DNA of 64,000 nt from a virus (lineage: Duplodnaviria > Caudoviricetes). The translations under genes were made by a program, and so were the position numbers. This document shows positions 43,542-53,999 of the stretch, in pieces. Under the pieces are notes generated by a model that did not search any database, was not told the origin of the DNA, and saw only the letters and a list, made by a program, of their open reading frames with translations. Each line of letters starts with the position of its first letter. The first letter of the stretch is position 1. The stretch lies in the IMG/VR virus record IMGVR_UViG_3300021400_000252. One strand, written 5' to 3'.

Positions 43542-45422
43542 ATGCAATTACAATTAAATAAAGAAGATAAAATACTTGTGATTGTAGAGTCTCCAACAAA
43601 AAAACCTACTATTGCAAAGATTTTAAAAGATGGTGGATATAAAAACGCAATGATTTCTGCTAGTGTCGGACATATTATGAAATTAGCTGACGATAAAAAA
43701 TCTTGGAAAAATACTGGTATTTGGCCAGATCAAGATTTTAAAGCTAATTATAAATTAAACGAAGAAAAAGCAAAAGTCGTTGAAGAATTAAAAGCAAAAG
43801 TAAAAATGGCTGATTATATTTTTATTGCAACCGACCCAGATAGAGAAGGTCATGTTATTGCTTGGTCAATTCTAAAATTTATTAAACCAGATATTAAGAA
43901 ATGTTATAGAATGACTATGCATGAAATCACAGCTAAAGCCGTACTTCGTGCATTAGAAAATCCTATTGAATTTAATGACAATATGGTTGATGCTGGAATT
44001 ACTCGTTCAATCATAGATAAATTATTAGGTTATAGTTTATCTGAATGGGCTAGATTATACATTGGTGCTAAGTCAGTTGGTAGATGTCAATCTGCAGGAT
44101 TAATCATACTAGAAAATAGAGAAAAAGAAATTCAAGAGTTTAAACCAGAATTATTTTATGATTTATATTTAAATTTTGAAAAGAATAAAACTCAATTTAA
44201 AGCTAAGTATTATGGAACTGAAGATAATAAAGTTGAACATTTTAAGACTTATGCTGAAATGGAAAATGTTGTAAAATCTTGTCTTGGAAATAAATTTAAA
44301 ATTAAAAGTATTGAAAAGAAAGAAAAGAAAGAAAACCCAAAACCTCCTTTTGATACTCCATCATTCCAACAAGAAGCATCAAGTAAATTACGTTTAAAAA
44401 CAAAAGATGCACAAAGTTGTGCTCAACAATTATTCCAAGGTATAGAAGTTAATGGTAGTCATGTTGGTTTAGTTACTTATATACGTACAGACTCAACAGA
44501 AATGGCTCCAGAATTCGTTGATGAATTAAAGCCATATATTGAATCAACTTATGGTAAAAACTCATTTAATAAGCCAAGAACTGGAAAGAAAAATGTAAAT
44601 GCTCAAGATGGACATGAATGTTTAAGATGTACTGATCCATCAATGACACCAGAAAAACTTGCAAAATATATTAAAAATGATTTATTATTAAAAGTATATA
44701 AATTAATTTGGCAAAGAACAATTGCTTCAGCATTACCTCCTACAACTATTTCAGAAACAACTTATTTAATTGAAAATAATGGTCAATTATTTACATTAGT
44801 TTCTAATGAAATTGTTGATCCAGGTTATAGAGTAGTTTATTCTTATAAAGATGATGATGAAAATGAAGATGATATTTATGTAAAAGAAACTTTTAAAAAA
44901 GGTGAAATTCTAGAAAAATGTTCTTTAGATGGTCAAGAAAAATCAACTAAACCAAAACCAAGATATACTGAAGCAACATTTAATAAAGAATTACAAAAAG
45001 CTGGTATTGGTCGTCCATCTACTTATGCAACTATTATTGATACTATCTTATCTGAATCTCGTGGATATTGTAAATTAGAAGGAAAAGAAATGGTATTAAC
45101 AGATTTAGGTAGATTAACTGCTACAACTTTAACTAGAGCATTTCCTAACTTAATTAGTTTACAATATACTAATGAACTAGAACATGAATTAGATTTAATA
45201 GCTGAAGGAAAGTTACAAAAACTAGTAGCTTTAAATAATTTTTATAATACATTAACTGAATCTATTGCAAATAATAGTGAAGGAAAAATTAATACAGATG
45301 GAGAAAAGATCTGTCCTGAATGTGGTAGTCCTTTAAAATTAAGACGAAACAGATGGGGTCAATTATTCTACGGTTGTTCTGGATATCCATCTTGCCATTA
45401 TATATTAAAAGACAAAAAGTAA
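43542..45422 (+). CDS. topA: Type IA DNA topoisomerase with one C-terminal Zn ribbon
   Basis: IVESP.K, SVGH, ATDPDREG, SVGRCQ, TYIRTDS, GIGRPSTY, CPECG..F.GCSGYPSC. Confidence 0.95.
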   Translation: MQLQLNKEDKILVIVESPTKKPTIAKILKDGGYKNAMISASVGHIMKLADDKKSWKNTGIWPDQDFKANYKLNEEKAKVVEELKAKVKMADYIFIATDPDREGHVIAWSILKFIKPDIKKCYRMTMHEITAKAVLRALENPIEFNDNMVDAGITRSIIDKLLGYSLSEWARLYIGAKSVGRCQSAGLIILENREKEIQEFKPELFYDLYLNFEKNKTQFKAKYYGTEDNKVEHFKTYAEMENVVKSCLGNKFKIKSIEKKEKKENPKPPFDTPSFQQEASSKLRLKTKDAQSCAQQLFQGIEVNGSHVGLVTYIRTDSTEMAPEFVDELKPYIESTYGKNSFNKPRTGKKNVNAQDGHECLRCTDPSMTPEKLAKYIKNDLLLKVYKLIWQRTIASALPPTTISETTYLIENNGQLFTLVSNEIVDPGYRVVYSYKDDDENEDDIYVKETFKKGEILEKCSLDGQEKSTKPKPRYTEATFNKELQKAGIGRPSTYATIIDTILSESRGYCKLEGKEMVLTDLGRLTATTLTRAFPNLISLQYTNELEHELDLIAEGKLQKLVALNNFYNTLTESIANNSEGKINTDGEKICPECGSPLKLRRNRWGQLFYGCSGYPSCHYILKDKK

Positions 45423-45450
45423 AAACGTGACATTTCACGTTTTTTATTTT
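45420..45450 (+). terminator. Intrinsic terminator after topA
   Basis: aaaaacgtga-catt-tcacgtttttt. Confidence 0.8.
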
Positions 45451-45528
45451 ACTAAAAAATAATAGTTTGCTAAATTAATTGATATTTTGAAAATTAAAAT
45501 TTCAATTAATATAACATAGGAGTAGAAC

Positions 45529-46863
45529 ATGGAAATTAATACAAAAGTATTGAATAAGTGGTTACAAATTGTTATTAGAGCAGCTAAGAATACAGATGTT
45601 TCTGATCATGTAACTAATGTTAATGAAAGATTCTATAAACTATCTAAATTTGTTATTTCTCTTTTAATGAAAAAGAGCTATAGAGTTTCAGAAATAGATG
45701 AATATTTTAGAGCTTTCGCTAATAACTATACTTATAAATTAGGTGGTGAAGAATTTAATTTAAGTGTAAAACAAGTATTTGTTGCATTTGCAATGTTCTG
45801 TAAACTTAAAGGTTTAGTATGGGATCAATCTAGTGCTCCTTCTGTTTATGAAGTTGATGCATTTAAAGACTCAAACTTTGGTAAATTATTAATTAAACAT
45901 GGTTTATTTGCTGGAGCTGATTCTAATACACAATCTGAAGAACCAACACAAGAACCAGAACAAACTACTGAGCCAACAAATGTAACTCAAGAACCTACAG
46001 CTGATACAGCTGAAGCTGAACCTACACAAGAACCAGCTGCAGAACCAGAACAAACTCAAGCTAGTGAAGTTCAACCTGAAGCACAACCTACAGAAGCTCA
46101 ACCTGCTGAAGGTGAAGCTAAGCCAAAGAGAAAGAGAAGAAAAAGAGTAAAAGATGGAGATCATTACTATGGAAATCAAAGTGATGTTGTAAAACGTTCT
46201 AGAAATAAAGATGTAGATAGAAAGAAACCAGACCGTTCATTCTATCCTCATATGTCTCCATATGTAATCGATTTAATTGGTACACCAGGTAGTCCAATTG
46301 AAATGACTGGTTCAGGTGGATATATTTATATTATAGCTGGTAGTGCTAATAAGACTAGTAATAAAACTCCAAAAGCATATGTTATGCCTCTAAAGAAACA
46401 ATTATTAAATACTAGAACTGGTGAAATTGGTGATATTAATCCTAAGAAATTACAACCAAACACTGATAGATTAAATGATAAAGGTGAATTAAAAGTTCAT
46501 ATTGCAGGTTCATCTACACTACAAAATCAAATGTTATTCTTCAATACTCCTCAAGAAGCTCAACATGTATTAGATCAAGTTTTAGCTAATCCAGAAGGAA
46601 GAATTGATACAAATAATATTGTAGTAAGTGACTTAAAGATTAAAGCTATTAAATTATTCGAAGTCGATCCTAACTGGAGACGAAACTTAGAAGTATTTAC
46701 TCGTAAGTTCTATAAAATTAAAACTGAATTTGGTGAAGCATATATTGCAGCCAAAGATTTATTTGAATCAGTTCAAGAATCTATAACTAATGATGACGGT
46801 GTTGAAACTTGGTCAGATGAATATGGAAAAGCATATGATGAAGCTTTTAGAAGATATTACTAG
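45529..46863 (+). CDS. Hypothetical late protein with an EPTQ/EAQP low-complexity linker
   Basis: AGGAG RBS; TGCTAAATTA upstream; first gene of the AAA/peptidase/vWA operon. Confidence 0.7.
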   Translation: MEINTKVLNKWLQIVIRAAKNTDVSDHVTNVNERFYKLSKFVISLLMKKSYRVSEIDEYFRAFANNYTYKLGGEEFNLSVKQVFVAFAMFCKLKGLVWDQSSAPSVYEVDAFKDSNFGKLLIKHGLFAGADSNTQSEEPTQEPEQTTEPTNVTQEPTADTAEAEPTQEPAAEPEQTQASEVQPEAQPTEAQPAEGEAKPKRKRRKRVKDGDHYYGNQSDVVKRSRNKDVDRKKPDRSFYPHMSPYVIDLIGTPGSPIEMTGSGGYIYIIAGSANKTSNKTPKAYVMPLKKQLLNTRTGEIGDINPKKLQPNTDRLNDKGELKVHIAGSSTLQNQMLFFNTPQEAQHVLDQVLANPEGRIDTNNIVVSDLKIKAIKLFEVDPNWRRNLEVFTRKFYKIKTEFGEAYIAAKDLFESVQESITNDDGVETWSDEYGKAYDEAFRRYY

Positions 46864-46872
46864 GAGTTAGAA

Positions 46873-48597
46873 ATGAAAATTAAGAAAACAAAAATTATTG
46901 AAAATTTAAAACCATTAAGAGAAGCAGATGGTGATGATGACGATCTAGATTTAGATAACCTAGATTTAGATGATATCGATTTCGATGATGCTGATTTAGA
47001 TGGATTAGATGATTTAGATGGTGATGAAGAAAAAATTCAAAAGGTTGCTCCAAAAGAACAACAAGCGCCTCAACCTCAATCTAAACCACAACCACAACCT
47101 AAATCAGAGCCAGCTCCTCAACCTAAACAAGAACAACCAAAGCCAGCTGAAGCTCATGTTGATAATGCAAAAACATTACCTTCAGGTGATGTTGTAGGTA
47201 CAACTAAAAAACCTTCAAAACCATCAAAGGTAAGACAAGTTATTGATCTTCAAAACTTATTAGATCTTAAAGGTGGAAATTTACCTAAGAATGCTGTTTA
47301 TTCTGTTTTAAATCGTTCATTAAGAGATTCAAAAATTGCAGCAATTAAACAAAGAGTTAAGAAACAACCAGACGCAAACTTTGCACGTGATTTCAATATA
47401 TTAGTTGAAGGTCTTCCTGGTGGTGGTAAAACTGCTACTATTAAAGCTTGGGCTGAGGCTAATGGTGTTAACCTAGTTGCAGTAAATGCAAAGGACCCAG
47501 ATCTAGAATTAGCAATTAATGGTGCTGTAATGAGAGATTTAAGTAATGATAGTGATAAGAACTCAATTGTTATGGCTTATTCTAAATTATTAGCTCCACT
47601 TGAAGAACCAAATTCAATCTTATTCTTAGATGAATATAATAGACAAACTGATGACCAAATCAGAGCTTCACTTTTAACATTAATTGGTGAGCACTGTATT
47701 TATGGTCAAGTTGGTGGACAAGTTGATACTGAAAAGAAACAAGGATACCATTTCTTTAAAAATATGTTATTTACAGTAGCAGCTATCAACCCAGCTGTAC
47801 CTCAAGATAAAGGTGCTGCTAAGTTAAATGATGCTGAAATGAGTAGATTCTTACGTAGAGTAGTATTTGACTCATCTCCAAAAGCTGCAGCATCATATTT
47901 TAAATGGTATTTTGATAAAGAGTTAAAAGCAATTACTGATGCAAATCAAGATACTTCTGAAGCAGATCCAGCTTATGCTTGGGTATATGCTACAACATTC
48001 TTACAAAAACATATAGCAATTTATTTAACTACTTCTCCAGATTTTAGATTTGATACTAAAGATGATTTACAAGACTTATATAATGGTGACAAAACAATGT
48101 TTAACCAAAGATTATTAACTCAATTAATTGCATCATTAGTATATCATCCAGAAGCAACAATGGCACAACAAATCTTAGATTATATTGGTAAGATTGCTCC
48201 ATTAAATCTTGTAGATTTACCTGACCAAGCCGAAGATGATTTAAGAGACTGGTCAAATATCTTAGATAAAGATAAAGATATGCTTGAAAAACTTTTAAAA
48301 GATTATAAACAACCTCCAGTAAATATTCCTGGTTATGGTGATATTTCTCAATTAGATCAAGCTATTGATGACGATGACGTTAATCCAGACGAAGTTGAAG
48401 ATGAATTCAATGATGATAATGTTGCTACTGAATTTGATGATTTAGTAAAACAAGCAGAAAATGGTGAAGAAATAGATAATGATTTATTCGCTAATGACAG
48501 TAGTACAGATTCAGCAACTGGTAATGCAGTTAATACACAAGAATTAGATGCAATTACAAATGCAATTAACAATAGTATAGATAATATTAAAATGTAA
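46873..48597 (+). CDS. MoxR/AAA_5-like AAA+ ATPase with acidic termini
   Basis: GLPGGGKT, LFLDEYNR, AAINP, AEMSRF. Confidence 0.85.
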   Translation: MKIKKTKIIENLKPLREADGDDDDLDLDNLDLDDIDFDDADLDGLDDLDGDEEKIQKVAPKEQQAPQPQSKPQPQPKSEPAPQPKQEQPKPAEAHVDNAKTLPSGDVVGTTKKPSKPSKVRQVIDLQNLLDLKGGNLPKNAVYSVLNRSLRDSKIAAIKQRVKKQPDANFARDFNILVEGLPGGGKTATIKAWAEANGVNLVAVNAKDPDLELAINGAVMRDLSNDSDKNSIVMAYSKLLAPLEEPNSILFLDEYNRQTDDQIRASLLTLIGEHCIYGQVGGQVDTEKKQGYHFFKNMLFTVAAINPAVPQDKGAAKLNDAEMSRFLRRVVFDSSPKAAASYFKWYFDKELKAITDANQDTSEADPAYAWVYATTFLQKHIAIYLTTSPDFRFDTKDDLQDLYNGDKTMFNQRLLTQLIASLVYHPEATMAQQILDYIGKIAPLNLVDLPDQAEDDLRDWSNILDKDKDMLEKLLKDYKQPPVNIPGYGDISQLDQAIDDDDVNPDEVEDEFNDDNVATEFDDLVKQAENGEEIDNDLFANDSSTDSATGNAVNTQELDAITNAINNSIDNIKM

Positions 48598-48627
48598 TTA
48601 AATTTAATTGCAATATAAGGAGATTAT

Positions 48628-49860
48628 ATGCATAAACTTAATAATCTACGTGAATCTGCAACTGATTATATGACTCAAGAAGAAAAAACTTGGAAAAATC
48701 AGATAATTAAATTATTAATTAATAAAAAACATAGTAAGTTTGCTAAACGTTTACTTTATTATGATTTAAATATCGTTGAAATTCAAGATGATCCAGATTT
48801 TACTGCTGCAATTTCAACAGATGTAACAAAACCAGTCATTTACATAAGTAGAGGATTCTTAACGAATCCTCAAACTTTTGACCAATTAGATGTACTTCTT
48901 AGACATGAATTATCTCATAATCTAATGATGCATCAATTAAGAATGATTAATAAACTTAATGCAAGTGCAAAAAAAGTTAAAGGTACTAATTCTTGGAAAG
49001 ACTTAGCAAATAGTAATTCGTTTCAAGATTTTTTAAATATAATTATGGATGATGAAATTTCTAATTTTAGATATTCACAGATCGATAAAAATACTGTTCG
49101 TTATATGGTTTTAAATGGTAAAACTATTAGCGGATTAGTTACAGAAGACCATAGAGAATCTTGGATGAAATTAACTCTTGAAGAAATGTATGAAAAAAGT
49201 TTACAAGAGTTAGAACAAGTTAGACAAAACGTACTTAATAATATTAAAAATGCAGCTCCAAAAAACATGATAGATAGATCTTATTTTAAAAATTCATCTT
49301 ATGCTAGAATTGATGCTCCAACATCAACATTTGGTACAAAAGATAAATCTGGAGCTCATGGTATTGAACAAATAAAGAAATCAAAATACTATCGTTCATT
49401 AGGTGTAAAATATAGAAGAACACAAATTATTATAAATAGAATTCTTGAGGTATTAAAGGATAAGTCAGATGACCAATTAAAAAGTGCTTTAAGAAAAATT
49501 GGTGAGTCTAAATTAACAGATAAATTATATTTTGGAGAGATTTTAGTCGATGGCAAACCAGAAAAGATTTATATCACTTCTCCAGAACAAAAGTCTATTA
49601 CTGCATCTATTATTAAATATTTATTAGGAAATATCGCCGAAAAACCTGTTGTAGACGTTCAAAGAAAATTCCACACTCAAGAATATAAGAATGCTTATAA
49701 TGAAATTATGAATAACGTTAAAGATATTTATAAGAATCTTTCTTCAAAAGATTTAGAAGAGATTTTAAATCGAATTGCTGCATCAAATGTTATTGCAAAT
49801 AAAACTTCTTATGGAACTCTTTCTAAAGAAGACTATGAGATGAGATATGGAGCTATTTAA
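48628..49860 (+). CDS. Zinc metallopeptidase-like protein (DUF2201-N-type)
   Basis: FTAA, LRHELSH...H, NIIMDDEIS. Confidence 0.75.
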   Translation: MHKLNNLRESATDYMTQEEKTWKNQIIKLLINKKHSKFAKRLLYYDLNIVEIQDDPDFTAAISTDVTKPVIYISRGFLTNPQTFDQLDVLLRHELSHNLMMHQLRMINKLNASAKKVKGTNSWKDLANSNSFQDFLNIIMDDEISNFRYSQIDKNTVRYMVLNGKTISGLVTEDHRESWMKLTLEEMYEKSLQELEQVRQNVLNNIKNAAPKNMIDRSYFKNSSYARIDAPTSTFGTKDKSGAHGIEQIKKSKYYRSLGVKYRRTQIIINRILEVLKDKSDDQLKSALRKIGESKLTDKLYFGEILVDGKPEKIYITSPEQKSITASIIKYLLGNIAEKPVVDVQRKFHTQEYKNAYNEIMNNVKDIYKNLSSKDLEEILNRIAASNVIANKTSYGTLSKEDYEMRYGAI

Positions 49861-51974
49861 TGAAAAAAGATGATTTATTAAAGAAAGTAGATAATGAAGC
49901 AACAGTCGGAACTTTTGATGCATTACAAGGATATGCAGATGCATTAGTTCAAATATTACAAAAAAAGCAACCTAAACCTGAAGGTCCACAAGGTGGTGGA
50001 GGTGGAATGCCTCCAATGCCAGATGACCTACCACCAATGGAGATAGATCCAGACTTACCAGTATTAAGTCCAGATAATCAAAGTGGAGCTGGAATGTCGA
50101 TGGATTTTGATGATCCAGAAGACTTAATGAAAAAACAAAAACAAATCGACCTTGGTGATACTCCATCTAAAGAAGAAAATGATGATGACGACGATGATGA
50201 CAGCAATAATGGTGGAAATAGTGGTAGCAGTCAATCAAAGAATAAAAAGAATAAAAAAGATGATCAATCAGATGAAAATAATGGCGGATCAGATGATGGT
50301 GGTGACTTTGAAGATGAAGATGATTTAGATAATCTTGACAATTCAAATAATAGAAAGCCTCCAAAGAATAGAAACGGAAACGATCTAGACGATTTAGACG
50401 ATCTAGATGACTTTGATGATTCAGATTTAGATAACCTAGATGACTCAGATTTAGACGATTTAGAGGACCAAGATAATAATTCTAATGGTAAAGGTAAAAA
50501 TCAAAATAAGGACGATTTGGATGATTTAGACGACCTAGATAATACTGACATTGATGATTTGGATTTAGATGATTTAGGTGATGAAGATAATGATAATGAA
50601 TTTGGTGGATTAGATGATGGTGAAGATTCTGAAGATAATTCAGATGATAACCAAAATCAAAAAGGAAAGAATGGTGATTCTAAAGACTCAGATGATTCAG
50701 AAAATCAAAGTGGAGATTCTTCTTCAAGTAGTCAAAGTAGTTCAGATAGTAGTTCAGACTCTGATCAAGATTCTAAAGAACATCAGGCAGGATCTGATAG
50801 TGACGAAAATAATTTTGAAGTAGGTAACGACAGCGATAATAAGTCTAGTCAAACAAAATCAGATAAAAATAAATCAGATAAAGATAATAAATCTTCAGAT
50901 TCAAAAGCTAATAAAGATCCACAAGATCAAAATGGTGAAAAGTCAAACGATAAAGAAAAAGAAAATACACCAAAAGACAATTCAGCAGATGATGATACTC
51001 TAGAATTACCTAGTGAAAAAAATGAAGCTAAAGCTAAAGATAGATTGAGAAGAATAAACAGACTTCAAAAGCATATTTCAAAAGTTTTAGAAAATAATAA
51101 ATTTGATAAGAAACTAGATAAATCAACTAAAGATAGATTAAAGAAAGATTTAGAAGATTTAAAAGATGCTGAAAATCATGTATATGAGGATTCAGATAAA
51201 GTTGAAGATATTCTTCTTCAAGGAATTAATGATCTAAGTCAAATATTACAAATCTCTATAAGTAAAGATTTAGAGAAGAGAGGTTCTGTAGTAACAGCTT
51301 TAAATAATGATCCATTTGCTAATATGGAAATCGATCAAGAAGAAAAAGAAATTATTAAGAACTCTGGTGCTCAAAAGAAGTCTAATTCAGCTGATGCATA
51401 TCAAGCAGTTTATACTGCAGCTGAATTAAAACGTGATATCGAAAAACTTATCGGAATGCAAGTAGAAAAGTATAAGCTTTCTATAAAATCATATAGAATT
51501 ATGAATAGACATGCTGAAGATAATAATATGATTAGAAAAGGTCACCAAGATAAACGTAGACTTGATGATAAGAAACCATATATGAGAGTTTATATTGACC
51601 AATCTGGTTCTTGGCATAAAGAAGACTTTGATAAAGCACGAGCTTTATGTTCTGGATTAAAAGCTTATCAAGATGATGGACTTCTAGATTTAGAGTATAA
51701 ATATTTCGATAGTTCAGTTTACGATACTCCAAAAAATGAAGGTAGTGGTGGAACTAGCGCTTGGCCAGAAATATACACACAAATTAGAAATAGTACATTT
51801 ACTAATGTTATGATTGTAACAGATAGTGATTTACAAGATTATGAAAAAACAAGTTATCCAACTCTTGAACTAGAAGGTGCTGTCTTCTGGGTATGGAAAG
51901 GTGGAGACAGTTCAGACAAGTTATGTAAGTACTTACATGGTGCACTTTGGAATAAACAATATTCATTAGATTAA
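49860..51974 (+). CDS. vWA (MIDAS) domain protein with a long acidic low-complexity region
   Basis: YIDQSGS, YFD, GGT, IVTD; preceded by SY...NR. Confidence 0.8.
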   Translation: MKKDDLLKKVDNEATVGTFDALQGYADALVQILQKKQPKPEGPQGGGGGMPPMPDDLPPMEIDPDLPVLSPDNQSGAGMSMDFDDPEDLMKKQKQIDLGDTPSKEENDDDDDDDSNNGGNSGSSQSKNKKNKKDDQSDENNGGSDDGGDFEDEDDLDNLDNSNNRKPPKNRNGNDLDDLDDLDDFDDSDLDNLDDSDLDDLEDQDNNSNGKGKNQNKDDLDDLDDLDNTDIDDLDLDDLGDEDNDNEFGGLDDGEDSEDNSDDNQNQKGKNGDSKDSDDSENQSGDSSSSSQSSSDSSSDSDQDSKEHQAGSDSDENNFEVGNDSDNKSSQTKSDKNKSDKDNKSSDSKANKDPQDQNGEKSNDKEKENTPKDNSADDDTLELPSEKNEAKAKDRLRRINRLQKHISKVLENNKFDKKLDKSTKDRLKKDLEDLKDAENHVYEDSDKVEDILLQGINDLSQILQISISKDLEKRGSVVTALNNDPFANMEIDQEEKEIIKNSGAQKKSNSADAYQAVYTAAELKRDIEKLIGMQVEKYKLSIKSYRIMNRHAEDNNMIRKGHQDKRRLDDKKPYMRVYIDQSGSWHKEDFDKARALCSGLKAYQDDGLLDLEYKYFDSSVYDTPKNEGSGGTSAWPEIYTQIRNSTFTNVMIVTDSDLQDYEKTSYPTLELEGAVFWVWKGGDSSDKLCKYLHGALWNKQYSLD

Positions 51975-52003
51975 TAAAAAAATTAAATAATTATTGCTAA
52001 ATT

Positions 52004-52059
52004 ATCTGTATAAGCGTATTAACTTATTCCTTTCATAAATACGCTTATACAGATTTTTT
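52004..52059 (+). other. Perfect 17-bp inverted repeat with a 17-nt loop and T-tail (terminator or small RNA)
   Basis: atctgtataagcgtatt (52004-52020) / aatacgcttatacagat (52038-52054), then ttttt. Confidence 0.8.
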
Positions 52060-52088
52060 AATCTTAAAAATTGATTAGGAGAATTATA

Positions 52089-53975
52089 ATGGCAGAACGT
52101 AAAAAGAAAAAATATTCTAATTGTACATATACTACTGGAAATTTATCTTTAAATATGAACCAATTTAATAAAGATGCTGTACTTCCAGATGATGATTCAA
52201 ATAAAGAAGTAAATGTAGATACAACAACACCTACAACTACTAGTGAAACAACTACTACTCCATCAACTGGTGATGGTGGAAACGGTGGAATGGCTGAAGG
52301 ATTAAATGAAGCAACTGCATATAGTAATGCAGTACATGTTCAAGGTGACTTTGAAATTCCAGATGAAGTAAAGATTCTTGATCAGAAGCAAATTGAAGAT
52401 GCTTTAATTGGATTGGAAATCGAAGAAGAATTTAAAGTTGGTTATGTTAGACCATTATATTTATATAAAGAATTAGTTGATTTATTTAAAATTGTAAAAA
52501 CAACAGAATTAGTTGGATATACTGGAATAGATTATATTGAAGCAAGAGCTGACTTAGATAATAATAGAGATGCTAGATTAGCGGTAGCTAAAAAAGTTGC
52601 TCAATTAGATAATGACAAAGGTACACATCTAGATTATCAACCAGGTGCTAATAGAGAAGGTGACTTCTCAGCTGATTATTATTCAGTTGGTAAATTAGTT
52701 CAAAGAGATGATAAAGTTAATAAAACTACTGATTTTAGAACAATTTTATTCTATCCAACAATTGGAAGTAAACCAAGAGTTTGTTATTGGTTTAAATTAA
52801 CTATTAAAGGACAAGAATGGCCAAACTTTAAACAAATTGGTAGAGATCAATTAGTTCAATTAGTTCTTTCTACTGCTGAAAAACTAGATAAAAAATCTAA
52901 TCGTTGGAATATGGAAAAATTAAAACGTAAAGTTTTAGATGAAATTGCTAAAGACGAACAAACTATTTCTGCTGTTGAGTTTGATCAAGAAGATAATTTA
53001 GAAACTCGTTCTAAATTAGATAAAGGTGGAGTTATTGCTAAACCTAGAGTAAGAGCGTTATATTCAAATCAAATTTATTATTTATCAACTAAGAATGTTA
53101 CATATGGTGCTCCTGTTGTTAAGTATATTAAAGAAGATCTAGATCAAGATTTAGAAGAAAAACGTGAAACTAAGAGATATTATATTAGACCTCAAAATAT
53201 TTTCTGTGCAAATAAAAAAGACGTATTAAAAGCTTTAATAGATGTAGCTGATGCTGGTGAGAACTGTACTGTGTATACTTTAAAGAACTTAGATGACCAT
53301 GATGATGTACAAAAATTAAGTAATGATGATATTATTTATACGTACGATGAGCATGCACTAAGAGATAAAAATGGTGTATTAGTAATGGATTATGACTTAT
53401 TCATTAAACATGAAGAAGAACGTCCTAAATTAGGAAAATCACCAGATCAAATTACAAAGTCAGAATTCGATCAAAATTATGACGATAGAATGACTCAAAA
53501 CACATTCGTTGAATCAAAGGAAGATAATATGGAAGATTTAGTTGGAAAGAAAGTTACAATAATTTCAATTGATCCAAACGATCCAGCTGCAGATGATTAT
53601 GCTGGTAAAGAAGGAACTATTACTGAAGTAGGTAAAGATCCTTGGGGCGATATTTATTATCGTGGAACATGGGGTGGCATTGCTCTATATCCAAATATAG
53701 ATAAGTTAAAGATTACAGAAGGATTTGAAGTAAAATATGAAGATCCATTTAATTTATCTTTTGATACTTATGAAGGTGATCGTAAATTATTTGAAGATGC
53801 AAATGAAGAACAAATCTGTTGTATTTGTGGTGAACCATATAAAGGTTATGGAAACAATGCAGAACCATATAAACATGGATATTGCTGTGATGAATGTAAT
53901 TTAAAATTTGTTATTCCAGCAAGAATGCAAGGATTAAATAGTTATTACGATAAAAAAGATGAAGATGAAGAATAA
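52089..53975 (+). CDS. Multidomain late protein (SH3-like module, C-terminal Cys-rich Zn finger)
   Basis: AGGAG RBS; VGKKV...GKEGTI...GTWGG; CCICG...GNN..P...CCDECN. Confidence 0.7.
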   Translation: MAERKKKKYSNCTYTTGNLSLNMNQFNKDAVLPDDDSNKEVNVDTTTPTTTSETTTTPSTGDGGNGGMAEGLNEATAYSNAVHVQGDFEIPDEVKILDQKQIEDALIGLEIEEEFKVGYVRPLYLYKELVDLFKIVKTTELVGYTGIDYIEARADLDNNRDARLAVAKKVAQLDNDKGTHLDYQPGANREGDFSADYYSVGKLVQRDDKVNKTTDFRTILFYPTIGSKPRVCYWFKLTIKGQEWPNFKQIGRDQLVQLVLSTAEKLDKKSNRWNMEKLKRKVLDEIAKDEQTISAVEFDQEDNLETRSKLDKGGVIAKPRVRALYSNQIYYLSTKNVTYGAPVVKYIKEDLDQDLEEKRETKRYYIRPQNIFCANKKDVLKALIDVADAGENCTVYTLKNLDDHDDVQKLSNDDIIYTYDEHALRDKNGVLVMDYDLFIKHEEERPKLGKSPDQITKSEFDQNYDDRMTQNTFVESKEDNMEDLVGKKVTIISIDPNDPAADDYAGKEGTITEVGKDPWGDIYYRGTWGGIALYPNIDKLKITEGFEVKYEDPFNLSFDTYEGDRKLFEDANEEQICCICGEPYKGYGNNAEPYKHGYCCDECNLKFVIPARMQGLNSYYDKKDEDEE

Positions 53976-53999
53976 TTAACAAATATTTAGGAGTGCATT

